From an uncultured bacterium (GTDB lineage Bacteria > Krumholzibacteriota > Krumholzibacteriia > LZORAL124-64-63), in contig CAVSZB010000004.1 of the NCBI GenBank assembly GCA_963732385.1, forward strand, positions 96,001 to 160,000: a stretch of 64,000 nucleotides of DNA, written 5' to 3'. The position numbers and the translations under genes are program-made. The first letter of the stretch is position 1. Every line of letters starts with the position of its first letter. Of this stretch, positions 20,338 through 28,812 are shown in pieces. Below the pieces are notes generated by a model. It was not told the origin of the DNA. It worked only from the letters and a program-made list of their open reading frames with translations, and did no database searches.

Positions 20338-20837
20338 GGATCGCGATCGGGGCCGATCACCGGGGCTACGCGCACAAGGCGGCGCTTTCGGCGTGGCTGC
20401 TCGCGGCCGGTCACGAGGTGGTCGACCTGGGAGGGCAGCCGCCTGCCGGCATCGACTACCCGGAGCCGGCGCTGGCCGTGGGCGAAGCGGTCGCCGCCGG
20501 TAGCTGCGCGCTTGGAGTGCTGGTGTGCGGTTCCGGGATCGGCGTCAGCATTGCCGCCAACAAGGTGGCGGGCGTGCGTGCCGCGCGCTGCTGCAGCGTG
20601 GAGGATGCCCGTGCCTCGCGACGCCACAACGACGCGAATGTCCTGTGCCTGAGCGGCGACGGGACGACACCGGAGCAGGCCCGGGAGATCCTCCAGGCCT
20701 GGCTCGATACGACGTTCGAGGGCGGCCGTCACGCGCGACGGGTCGACCGCATCACGACCTACGATGCCGGACGCGGGGAGGTCGGCGGTACGCCGCCACA
20801 GTCCCGGCGCGGGCCACAGGAGGCAGATCCGTCATGA
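20334..20837 (+). CDS. rpiB: Ribose-5-phosphate isomerase B
   Basis: [35 protein letters not shown]. Confidence 0.95.
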   Translation: MRIAIGADHRGYAHKAALSAWLLAAGHEVVDLGGQPPAGIDYPEPALAVGEAVAAGSCALGVLVCGSGIGVSIAANKVAGVRAARCCSVEDARASRRHNDANVLCLSGDGTTPEQAREILQAWLDTTFEGGRHARRVDRITTYDAGRGEVGGTPPQSRRGPQEADPS

Positions 20838-22093
20838 CCATGGACAGCGCCCCCGATCCGCTGCTGACGACCGATCCGGAAATCGCCCGCATTGTGGCGG
20901 CGGAACTGGCGCGACAGCGCGACCAGCTGGAAATGATCGCCAGCGAGAATTTCACCAGCCGCGCCGTGCTCGCCGCGATGGGCAGTGTGCTGACCAACAA
21001 GTACGCCGAGGGCTACCCGAAGAAGCGCTACTACGGTGGCTGCGAGCACGTGGACGAGGCGGAGGAGCTGGCGCGCGGCCGCGCCTGCGCGCTGTTCGGC
21101 GCGGAGCACGCGAACGTGCAGCCCCACTCCGGCTCGACCGCCAACATGATCGCCTATCTGGCCTTCCTCAAGCCGGGCGACAAGCTGCTCGGTCTGTCGC
21201 TGTCGCACGGCGGCCACCTGACGCACGGCCATCCGGTGAACTTTTCCGGTCTGCTGTTCGAGGCGGTGCACTACGAGGTTGAACCGGGCACGGAGACGAT
21301 CGACTACGACCGGCTGCGGGAGCAGGCGTTGCGCGAGCGGCCGAAGATGATCGTGGGGGGCGCGAGCGCCTACCCGCGCTTCTGGGACTACGCGGCCATG
21401 CGGTCGATCGCGGATGAGATCGGCGCGGTGTTCGTTTTCGACATGGCCCACATTGCCGGGCTGGTGGCGGGCGGTGTCCACCCGAGCCCCGTGCCGTTCT
21501 GCGACGTGGTCACCACCACGACCCACAAGACGCTCCGCGGGCCGCGCGGCGGTCTGATCCTCTGCCGTGGGGTGCACGCCAAGGCGATCGACAAGCTCAA
21601 CTTCCCTGGCATCCAGGGCGGTCCGTTCATGCACGTCATCGCCGCCAAGGCGGTCTGCCTGCACGAGGCGATGCAGGAACCTTTCCGGGCCTGGGCGCGC
21701 CGCGTCGTTGACAATGCGCAGGCGCTCGCGAAGGGGCTGCTCTCCCGGGGCTTCCACCTCGTCAGCGGCGGCACCGACAACCACCTGCTGCTGGTGAACG
21801 TGACCAACAAGGGGCTCACCGGCAAGGAGATGGAGGCCCTGCTCCACCAGGTCGGAATCACCGTCAACAAGAACACGGTCCCGTTCGACCAGAACAGCCC
21901 GTTCGTCACGAGCGGCGTGCGGATCGGCACGCCCGCCCTGACCACGCGGGGCATGGGGACAGTCGAGATGGAGCGCATCGCGGCGATCATCGACGGCGCC
22001 GTCGCCGCGCGCGGCGATGCAGACGCGCTGGCGCGACTGCACGGCGGGAGCGAGGAACTGGCCCGCGCCTTCCCGCTCTATCCCGAACTGTGA
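20834..22093 (+). CDS. glyA: Serine hydroxymethyltransferase
   Basis: [34 protein letters not shown]. Confidence 0.97.
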   Translation: MTMDSAPDPLLTTDPEIARIVAAELARQRDQLEMIASENFTSRAVLAAMGSVLTNKYAEGYPKKRYYGGCEHVDEAEELARGRACALFGAEHANVQPHSGSTANMIAYLAFLKPGDKLLGLSLSHGGHLTHGHPVNFSGLLFEAVHYEVEPGTETIDYDRLREQALRERPKMIVGGASAYPRFWDYAAMRSIADEIGAVFVFDMAHIAGLVAGGVHPSPVPFCDVVTTTTHKTLRGPRGGLILCRGVHAKAIDKLNFPGIQGGPFMHVIAAKAVCLHEAMQEPFRAWARRVVDNAQALAKGLLSRGFHLVSGGTDNHLLLVNVTNKGLTGKEMEALLHQVGITVNKNTVPFDQNSPFVTSGVRIGTPALTTRGMGTVEMERIAAIIDGAVAARGDADALARLHGGSEELARAFPLYPEL

Positions 22094-22112
22094 GCGGAGG
22101 AGGCGTTTCGCC

Positions 22113-22580
22113 GTGAGGTGCCCGCGCTGCGCGGACGACAACGACCGCGTCATCGATTCGCGCGCGGTGCGTGAAGGGAACGCGGTCCGCCGGCGCCGCG
22201 AATGTCTCGTCTGTGGCGAGCGCTTCACCACCTATGAGGCGGTCGAGACCCGTCCGCTGCTCGTCATCAAGAAGGATGGCAGGCGCGTGCCGTATGACCG
22301 CGCCCGGGTGATGAACGGCATGGCGAAGGCGTGCGAGAAGCGACCGGTTTCCCTGGAGCGCCTGGAGGCGATCGCAGACTTCGTCGAGCGCGAGGCCGGC
22401 GGCAGCCTGGCGCGGGAGATCCCGTCACAGACGATCGGGCGTCTGGTGATGGAGCAGTTGCGGGAGGTGGACGAGGTGGCCTATGTGCGCTTCGCCTCGG
22501 TCTACCGCTCCTTCCGGGACGTGGAGGAGTTCATGAGGGAGCTGCGCGGCCTGCTCGCGGGGCGGGAGGACCAACCGTGA
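22113..22580 (+). CDS. nrdR: Transcriptional repressor NrdR
   Basis: CPRC...RRRRECLVC Zn ribbon, ATP cone, VAYVRFASVY; GGAGGAGG SD. Confidence 0.95.
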   Translation: MRCPRCADDNDRVIDSRAVREGNAVRRRRECLVCGERFTTYEAVETRPLLVIKKDGRRVPYDRARVMNGMAKACEKRPVSLERLEAIADFVEREAGGSLAREIPSQTIGRLVMEQLREVDEVAYVRFASVYRSFRDVEEFMRELRGLLAGREDQP

Positions 22581-23365
22581 CCACCCCCTCCGGGTCGATG
22601 CCGGTTTCCGCTTCGCCGCCCGACGAACCGCGCTCCGGCCTGACCCTGCTCGGCCACCTCGCGGAATTACGCAGCGTGCTCCTCTCCGCCGCGATCGCCG
22701 TGCTGCTGGCCACCGGGGGCTGCTGGTTCGTGTCGGCCCGCCTGCTCGATCTGCTGGTCAGTCCCATGCGCGCGGCGGGCCACAAGGTGTTCTTCATGGC
22801 GCCGACCGAGGCGTTCATGATGCGCCTGAAAGTGGCGTTCTTCTGCGGGCTGCTGCTGGTGCTGCCGTACGTGCTGGCGAGATTGTACGGCTTCGTCGTG
22901 CCTGGCCTCTACCGGCGGGAGCGCCGGGTCGCGACGCCGCTGATCCTCAGTTCCGTGCTGCTTTTCTATGCGGGCGTGGCGTTCGCCTTCTTCCTGCTGG
23001 TGCCGCAGGTGGTGCGGATCCTGATCGGCTTCGGCACCGCGGAAGTCCAGCCGCTGATCGGCGTCGGCCAGTACATCTCCTTCGTGGCCCAGCTCTGTTT
23101 CGCGTTCGGACTGGTCTTCGAGCTGCCGCTGGTGGTGTTGCTGCTGAGCTGGCTCGGCATCGTCCAGCCGCGCGCGCTGCTGCGCACCTGGCGCTACGCC
23201 GTGGTCATCATCGCCTTCGTTTCGGCCGTGCTCACCCCCGGCCCGGATGTCGTCTCGCAACTGGTCATGGCGGTTCCGGTGACTTTCCTGTATCTCTCAT
23301 CGGCGCTTGTCGCCCTCGTCGTCACCCGCCGACGCCGCGCACCGGCCCCCTCAGATGGGGATTGA
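22577..23365 (+). CDS. tatC: Twin-arginine translocase subunit TatC
   Basis: HLAELR, PTEAF, FVVPGLY, FELP, LTPGPD. Confidence 0.93.
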   Translation: MTTPSGSMPVSASPPDEPRSGLTLLGHLAELRSVLLSAAIAVLLATGGCWFVSARLLDLLVSPMRAAGHKVFFMAPTEAFMMRLKVAFFCGLLLVLPYVLARLYGFVVPGLYRRERRVATPLILSSVLLFYAGVAFAFFLLVPQVVRILIGFGTAEVQPLIGVGQYISFVAQLCFAFGLVFELPLVVLLLSWLGIVQPRALLRTWRYAVVIIAFVSAVLTPGPDVVSQLVMAVPVTFLYLSSALVALVVTRRRRAPAPSDGD

Positions 23366-23395
23366 CACGAGCGGTATTTTCAGGCTAAGTATAAT
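23362..23395 (+). promoter_or_regulatory. Promoter-like AT-rich element upstream of the polyprenyl synthase
   Basis: TTGACA (23362) and TATAAT (23390); spacing of 22 is non-canonical. Confidence 0.4.
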
Positions 23396-23437
23396 ATTCA
23401 TTGATAGATGCCCCGATGGCTGGAGGGTCGGAGCCCC

Positions 23438-24442
23438 ATGTCGCTGGTGGACCGCGAACGCATCAAACTGCTGACTCTGCAACGGATCGTCGCGCCCGAA
23501 CTGGAACGGTTCGAGGTGGAGTTGGCGACCCTGATGGCAGGAGGAACGTCGCTCGCGCGCGAGATCTGCGACCACATCCAGCAGGGGCGCAGCAAGCGCT
23601 TCAGGCCGACCCTTCTCTTGCTGGCCGCCAAGGCGGAGGGGCCGGTTGACGAACGGGCTGTCGCGGCGGCAGCCAGTGTCGAGTTGGTCCACAACGCCAC
23701 CCTCGTCCACGATGACTTCATCGACGGTGCGCTCACGCGGCGCGGTCTGCCGAGTGTCAACCGGGCGTGGGGCGGGGCGGCCGCCCTGATCATGGGCGAT
23801 TATCTCTACGCCCGGGCGCTGGATGTCCTGTGCCGGCGGGGTCTTGATGACGCCGTCCGTCAGCTCGCCGCCACCACGTTCCTGATGAGCGAGGCGGAGA
23901 TGCTGCAGCTGGAATCGAAGTTCTCGCTGGCCGTGGACGAAGCGCTCTATCTGCGCATCATCGCCGGCAAGACCGCCTCGCTGATCGAGACAGCCTGCGA
24001 AATCGGCGCTTCCTTCAATCCGCGCGCCAACGGCCATGGCGCCGCTTTCGGTCGCTTCGGCCGGAAGGTCGGACTTGTCTTCCAGATCACAGACGATATT
24101 TTCGACTACCTCGGCGACGAACGGCGGCTCGGCAAGCCGATCGGCCAGGATTGGGAGGAGGGGCGGGTCACGCTGCCGCTGATCGCCTCCCTGCGCCAGG
24201 CGCCCCCCGCCGCGAGCGCGGCCTTCACCGCGGCGGCGGCTGGCGCGACCGGCGCGGCCTGGAAGGATCTGTGGCCTCAGGTGAAGGCTTTCGTGGGTGA
24301 GCACGGCGGAGTGGACTACGCCCGCGCCCTGGCCCGGCAGTACAGCGAAGAGGCCAGGGCGGAGCTGGCCCCCGTCGCGGCGGGACCGCAGAAGGAACTG
24401 CTGGCGGCCGCGGCGGAGTACGTTATTCATCGCCTCAACTGA
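23438..24442 (+). CDS. Polyprenyl diphosphate synthase (IspB/HepT-like)
   Basis: KRFRP, LVHDDFID...RRG (FARM), GKTA, FQITDDIFD (SARM). Confidence 0.92.
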   Translation: MSLVDRERIKLLTLQRIVAPELERFEVELATLMAGGTSLAREICDHIQQGRSKRFRPTLLLLAAKAEGPVDERAVAAAASVELVHNATLVHDDFIDGALTRRGLPSVNRAWGGAAALIMGDYLYARALDVLCRRGLDDAVRQLAATTFLMSEAEMLQLESKFSLAVDEALYLRIIAGKTASLIETACEIGASFNPRANGHGAAFGRFGRKVGLVFQITDDIFDYLGDERRLGKPIGQDWEEGRVTLPLIASLRQAPPAASAAFTAAAAGATGAAWKDLWPQVKAFVGEHGGVDYARALARQYSEEARAELAPVAAGPQKELLAAAAEYVIHRLN

Positions 24443-24486
24443 CGATCCGTCCCGGCGCGGCGCTGCGCCCGGGCGCGGACGGGAGC

Positions 24487-24954
24487 ATGAGCCCATTGCC
24501 ACCATCTTTGTCCCCTCTCGAGAGCGCTCCGGGCTACCTCCTGGCGGAGTCGGCCGCCTGGTGGGCCCTTTCCCGCCGGGCCGAGAACGTCTGCGTGCTC
24601 GACCTGCGCGGGCGATCTGATGTCTGTGACTTTTTCGTGCTCGCCACCGGCGCGGTCGAAACCCAGGTGCGCGCCATCTGCGACGCCGTCACCGACGGTC
24701 TGGCGCGCCAGGACCACCACCCGCTCCACGCGGAAGGGACCTCCGCGGGCCGCTGGGCCCTGCTCGACTACGTGGACGTGATCGTGCACGTCTTCCAGCC
24801 GCAGACCCGCCAGTACTACCTGCTGGAGCGGCTGTGGAGCGACGCCGGGAGGGTGGACATCGCGGACGAATTCTTCGCCGACCCCGCCGTGCGGGCGCGG
24901 CACCCCTGGCTGGCCGATGCTCCGGACACGCCGCTTCCGCCGGGACGTCCATGA
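24487..24954 (+). CDS. rsfS: Ribosome silencing factor
   Basis: DFFVLATG, WALLDYVDVIVHVF, YYLLERLWSDA. Confidence 0.92.
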   Translation: MSPLPPSLSPLESAPGYLLAESAAWWALSRRAENVCVLDLRGRSDVCDFFVLATGAVETQVRAICDAVTDGLARQDHHPLHAEGTSAGRWALLDYVDVIVHVFQPQTRQYYLLERLWSDAGRVDIADEFFADPAVRARHPWLADAPDTPLPPGRP

Positions 24955-26690
24955 TCGAGAACCTGATCCGTGAGGGGATCCTCAGCCGTCTGGAGGCCTA
25001 CGGGATCTTCGAAGAGGAGATCGAGGTTGTCGTCGAGAAACCTCGTGAGCGGGAGCACGGGGACCTGAGCACGAGCATCGCGCTCAGTCTGGCCAAGCGC
25101 CTCGACCGCAAGCCGCGAGAGTTGGCGGGGGAGATCGCCGCCGGTCTGAATTTCGCACACGATGTTGTCGAGTCGGTGGAGATCGCCGGTCCCGGTTTCA
25201 TCAACTTCCGCCTCGCGCGGCCGTTCCAGATCAAGCGCCTGCTCGATCTCTGGCGGGGGGAGGGCGAGCGGGCCGCGATCCGCACCGAGGCGGGTCGTCG
25301 TATCAACGTCGAATACATCAGTGCCAATCCGACCGGACCGTTGAACATCGTCTCGGCGCGCGCCGGTGCCTTCGGCGCGGCGCTGGTGCGCCTGCTCGAC
25401 GCGATCGGCTACGATGCGCACAGCGAATATTACGTCAACGATGCGGGCCGCCAGGTGCGCCTGCTTGGCGCCTCGCTGCGCGCGCGTTACCTCCAGTTGT
25501 GCGGCGAGGCGGAACCGTTCCCCGAAGAGGGGTACAAGGGACAGTACCTCGAGGTGATGGCGGAGGAGCTGAGGGGGCTCGACGCGGCGGCCATCCAGGC
25601 GGCCGCCGACACCTTCGCGGACGAGAGCTTCCAGCGTGTGGCGGTGCCGACCGGCACGGCCGAGGATTGGCGGCGCCTTCCTCCCAACGACGCCGTCCGC
25701 TGTTTCTCCAAGTACGCCCTGATGAAAATTCTCGCCTGGCAGCGCGAAACCTGCCGGCGGTTCGGCCTCCGTTTCGACACCTGGTATTTCGAGTCGGAAC
25801 TGCACGAGACCCGCCGTATCGAGCGGGCCCTGGAGCAGCTGCGCAAGCGCGGCGCGATTTTCGACCAGGAGGGGGCGGTCTGGTTCCGTTCCACCTCCTG
25901 GGGCGATGAGAAGGACCGGGTGCTCGTGCGCTCCGACGGCACCCCCACCTATTTCCTGGCGGACATTGCCTACCATCATCACAAGTTCCAGCGCGGATTC
26001 GAGCACGCCATCGATTTCTGGGGGCCCGATCACCATGGGCACATCGCGCGCATGCAGGCCGCGATGACCGCCCTCGGCATTCCCGATGGCTGGCTGGAGA
26101 TCCAGATCCTGCAGCAGGTCAACTTCATCGAGCAGGGGCGCCCGCTCGAGATGTCGAAACGCCAGGGGCAGTTCGTCACCATGGACGCCCTGATCGACGA
26201 AGTGGGCGCGGATGTGGCCAAGTACATCTTTCTCACCCGCAAGCCCAATTCCCACCTCGACTTCGATCTGGATCTGGCGCGGGCCGAGTCGAACGACAAC
26301 CCCGTCTACTACGTCAAGTACGCGCACGCCCGGATCTGCGCGGTGCTGCGCAAGGCCGAGGCGGCGGGCCGCGATCCAGGCGAGCCGTCGGCCGTGGATC
26401 TGGCGCGCCTGGACAATCCCGCCGAGTGGAGTCTGGCCCGCGAGTTGGTGCGGTTGCCGCAGGTGATGGTGGGGGCCGCCCTGGCGCGCGAGCCACATCG
26501 TCTCAGCAGCTACGCGAACGATCTGGCCGGTCTGTTCCACCAGTTCTACCACGACTGCGTCATTCTCAGCGATGACGTCGCTGTCACGCGGGCCCGGCTT
26601 CAGCTCTGTCTGATCACCAGGCTGTTGATCGCCCAGGTGCTCGAACTGATCGGCGTCGAAGCGCCGGAAATCATGGGGGGGAAGGAGTAG
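24951..26690 (+). CDS. argS: Arginine--tRNA ligase
   Basis: HGDLS, GPGFIN, EYISANPTGPL, MSKRQG, NPVYYVKYAHAR (DALR domain). Confidence 0.95.
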   Translation: MIENLIREGILSRLEAYGIFEEEIEVVVEKPREREHGDLSTSIALSLAKRLDRKPRELAGEIAAGLNFAHDVVESVEIAGPGFINFRLARPFQIKRLLDLWRGEGERAAIRTEAGRRINVEYISANPTGPLNIVSARAGAFGAALVRLLDAIGYDAHSEYYVNDAGRQVRLLGASLRARYLQLCGEAEPFPEEGYKGQYLEVMAEELRGLDAAAIQAAADTFADESFQRVAVPTGTAEDWRRLPPNDAVRCFSKYALMKILAWQRETCRRFGLRFDTWYFESELHETRRIERALEQLRKRGAIFDQEGAVWFRSTSWGDEKDRVLVRSDGTPTYFLADIAYHHHKFQRGFEHAIDFWGPDHHGHIARMQAAMTALGIPDGWLEIQILQQVNFIEQGRPLEMSKRQGQFVTMDALIDEVGADVAKYIFLTRKPNSHLDFDLDLARAESNDNPVYYVKYAHARICAVLRKAEAAGRDPGEPSAVDLARLDNPAEWSLARELVRLPQVMVGAALAREPHRLSSYANDLAGLFHQFYHDCVILSDDVAVTRARLQLCLITRLLIAQVLELIGVEAPEIMGGKE

Positions 26691-27599
26691 ATGGCGATCC
26701 TGGCTGTCGGCTCGGTGGCCTACGACACCGTGGAAACGCCCGCGGAGCGCCGCGAACGCCAACTCGGCGGCAGCGCCAGCTACTTCGCGCTGGCCGCCGC
26801 GCCGTTGGCGCCGGTGCGCGTGGTGGGTGCGGTGGGCGATGATTTCCGGCCGGCTGATCTCGAACTGATGGCTGCGCGCGGCGCTGATCTGGGCGGCATC
26901 GTGCGGCTGCCCGGTCCGACTTTCCACTGGTCCGGACGCTATCACGCCGACCTGATCGAACGCGACACCCTGGCCACCGAACTGGGCGTCTTCGCCGATT
27001 TTGCGCCGGTGATCCCGCCCGCCTGGCGTGACACGCCCTACCTGTTCCTCGGTAACATCCACCCCGCGTTGCAGGCCGGGGTCCTGGCGCAACTGCGCCG
27101 GCCGCGGCTGGTCGTCACAGACACGATGAATTTCTGGATCCAGGGGGCGCGTCAGGATCTGGAGGTCGTGCTGGCCGGCACGGATGTACTCCTGGTGAAC
27201 GACAGCGAAGCGCGCCTCCTCTCCGGCCGGTGGGGGTTGGCGGACGCCGCGGCGGTCATCCGCGCGCTCGGCCCCGCGCGGGTCGTGGTCAAGAAGGGGG
27301 AGCACGGCGCTCTCTATTTCGGCCCGGAAGGGGTGTTCGCGGTGCCGGCACTGCTCCTGCCGCGGGTGGTCGACCCGACCGGTGCCGGTGACGCCTTCGC
27401 CGGCGGCTTCCTCGGCAGTCTCGCGGCCGCCGGCGTCGAGTCGGGGGCGGGCGACGCGCTTTTCCGCCGCGCCATGCTCGACGGCACGGTGACGGCCAGT
27501 TTCTGTCCCGAGGGTTTCAGTGTCGAAGGATTGCTGCGGGCCGACGCGCCGGCCCGCAGCCAGCGTCTCGAGTCTCTCCTCGCCATGATGCGGCCCTGA
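26691..27599 (+). CDS. PfkB-family carbohydrate/nucleoside kinase
   Basis: LGGSA, DTMNFWI, KKGEHG, DPTGAGDAFAGG. Confidence 0.9.
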   Translation: MAILAVGSVAYDTVETPAERRERQLGGSASYFALAAAPLAPVRVVGAVGDDFRPADLELMAARGADLGGIVRLPGPTFHWSGRYHADLIERDTLATELGVFADFAPVIPPAWRDTPYLFLGNIHPALQAGVLAQLRRPRLVVTDTMNFWIQGARQDLEVVLAGTDVLLVNDSEARLLSGRWGLADAAAVIRALGPARVVVKKGEHGALYFGPEGVFAVPALLLPRVVDPTGAGDAFAGGFLGSLAAAGVESGAGDALFRRAMLDGTVTASFCPEGFSVEGLLRADAPARSQRLESLLAMMRP

Positions 27600-27631
27600 G
27601 CCGCGCCCGCGGGTGACGGGGTCCTGCCCGA

Positions 27632-27660
27632 TTGTCTCCCGCGCAGACGTCTGTTATAAT
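27632..27660 (+). promoter_or_regulatory. Sigma70 promoter with extended -10
   Basis: TTGTCT-N17-TATAAT with TG at the extended -10 position. Confidence 0.7.
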
Positions 27661-27720
27661 CATGCGAGGACGGCCACATCCCGTGCGGGCGCGCAGGCGT
27701 CGGCGCGGAAAGGAGACGCT

Positions 27721-28512
27721 TTGGAGAGCCATCCGAACCCGCGTGATGCGTGGGTGAAAGACGCCGAACGCTGGATCTGCCAGATCCACGGTGTGAGGCA
27801 GTGCAAGGTCGATCTCGACGGCCAGGGAGAGGTGAGCGGGGTCCATGTCGTGGCCGGGATGGAGCGCGAGGCGCGCCATGTAGTGCGCGATGTGGAGGGG
27901 TTGCTCAAGGCCCGTCTCGGTCTGAGTGTCTTCTATAAGAAAATCGGTGTTGTCCAAATTGTGGACGGCGAGCAGGACGAGGCGATCGAGGAGGAGGAAT
28001 CGGAGGAGGAGAGTGGGGCGGTTGCTGCGATCGCCGGCGTCCAGCGTCCCGACCTGCCGCTGGAGGCCGTGCTGCTCGAAGAGGCGGTGCCGCCGCGGAT
28101 CCAGCTCGGCGGAATCGGCCTGCTGGCCACGGACCGGACGGTCAAGGCGGAGGTTGAACTGCGGGCGGGGCTGCTCGAAGCCCGGGGTCAGCAGGAGGGG
28201 GTCAATACCAACGGGAGTGACCTCGTCCTGGTGGCCCGCGCGACCGTCGATGCCGTTCGGCAGTTGCTGATCGATCCCATCACCCTGACGCTCGCCGATC
28301 TGCAGTTGACAGAAGTGGCGGGCGAGACCGTAATCCTCGCGGCGGTCGAATTGACGGAAGGACGGAGATCAGAGCGCCTCTACGGCACCTGCTCCGGCCT
28401 GCCGAGCCGTCCCCAGGGCGTTGTCTACGCCGTCCTGGACGCGCTGAACCGACGGGTTTCGTTGCTCAGTTTCCGAAACGCCGACAAAGGGGGCGTTGAA
28501 CTGACAAGCTGA
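27721..28512 (+). CDS. Hypothetical protein; C-terminus resembles the LeuA allosteric/dimerisation domain
   Basis: AAGGAG SD with TTG start; N-domain VHVVA...VVRDVE; acidic linker; C-terminal AEVEL...ARATVDAV...AVLDALNRR. Confidence 0.7.
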   Translation: MESHPNPRDAWVKDAERWICQIHGVRQCKVDLDGQGEVSGVHVVAGMEREARHVVRDVEGLLKARLGLSVFYKKIGVVQIVDGEQDEAIEEEESEEESGAVAAIAGVQRPDLPLEAVLLEEAVPPRIQLGGIGLLATDRTVKAEVELRAGLLEARGQQEGVNTNGSDLVLVARATVDAVRQLLIDPITLTLADLQLTEVAGETVILAAVELTEGRRSERLYGTCSGLPSRPQGVVYAVLDALNRRVSLLSFRNADKGGVELTS

Positions 28513-28637
28513 TTCCATGGCGGAACCGGCAACCGGTACGGGTAACCCTTGGAAGAGCGGAGCATCCGAGCGAAGCGGTCTCTGCCGTCAGGAGCGGTCT
28601 GACGGTAAATCCCTGGTTCTAAGGGAGGTGAGGCACA

Positions 28638-28682
28638 ATGCTTCTGTGGATCATGGCGATCTTTACCAAGTGGGAGTGGTAG
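28638..28682 (+). CDS. Unannotated 14-aa Trp-rich hydrophobic peptide MLLWIMAIFTKWEW
   Basis: Strong SD AAGGGAGGTG at 28621-28630, 7 nt before ATG; clean ORF ending in TAG. Confidence 0.65.
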   Translation: MLLWIMAIFTKWEW

Positions 28683-28812
28683 ACCTTGAGTCCGGGAGCC
28701 GGTTCCGCTTAATCTGCCGGGGTATCTGCCGATACCAGATCTGCGCCGCGCCAGGCGTGCCGCGCGGGCCGTGGCCGGCATCGCGCGAGGACTCCAAAGC
28801 GGAAAGACCACG

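Noticed and set aside
23362..23395. Recurrent 22-nt spacing between TTG(A/C)CA and TATAAT (also on the minus strand near 35478-35512)
   Set aside because: Only two instances, and each -10 may work with another -35; not enough to claim a novel promoter class.
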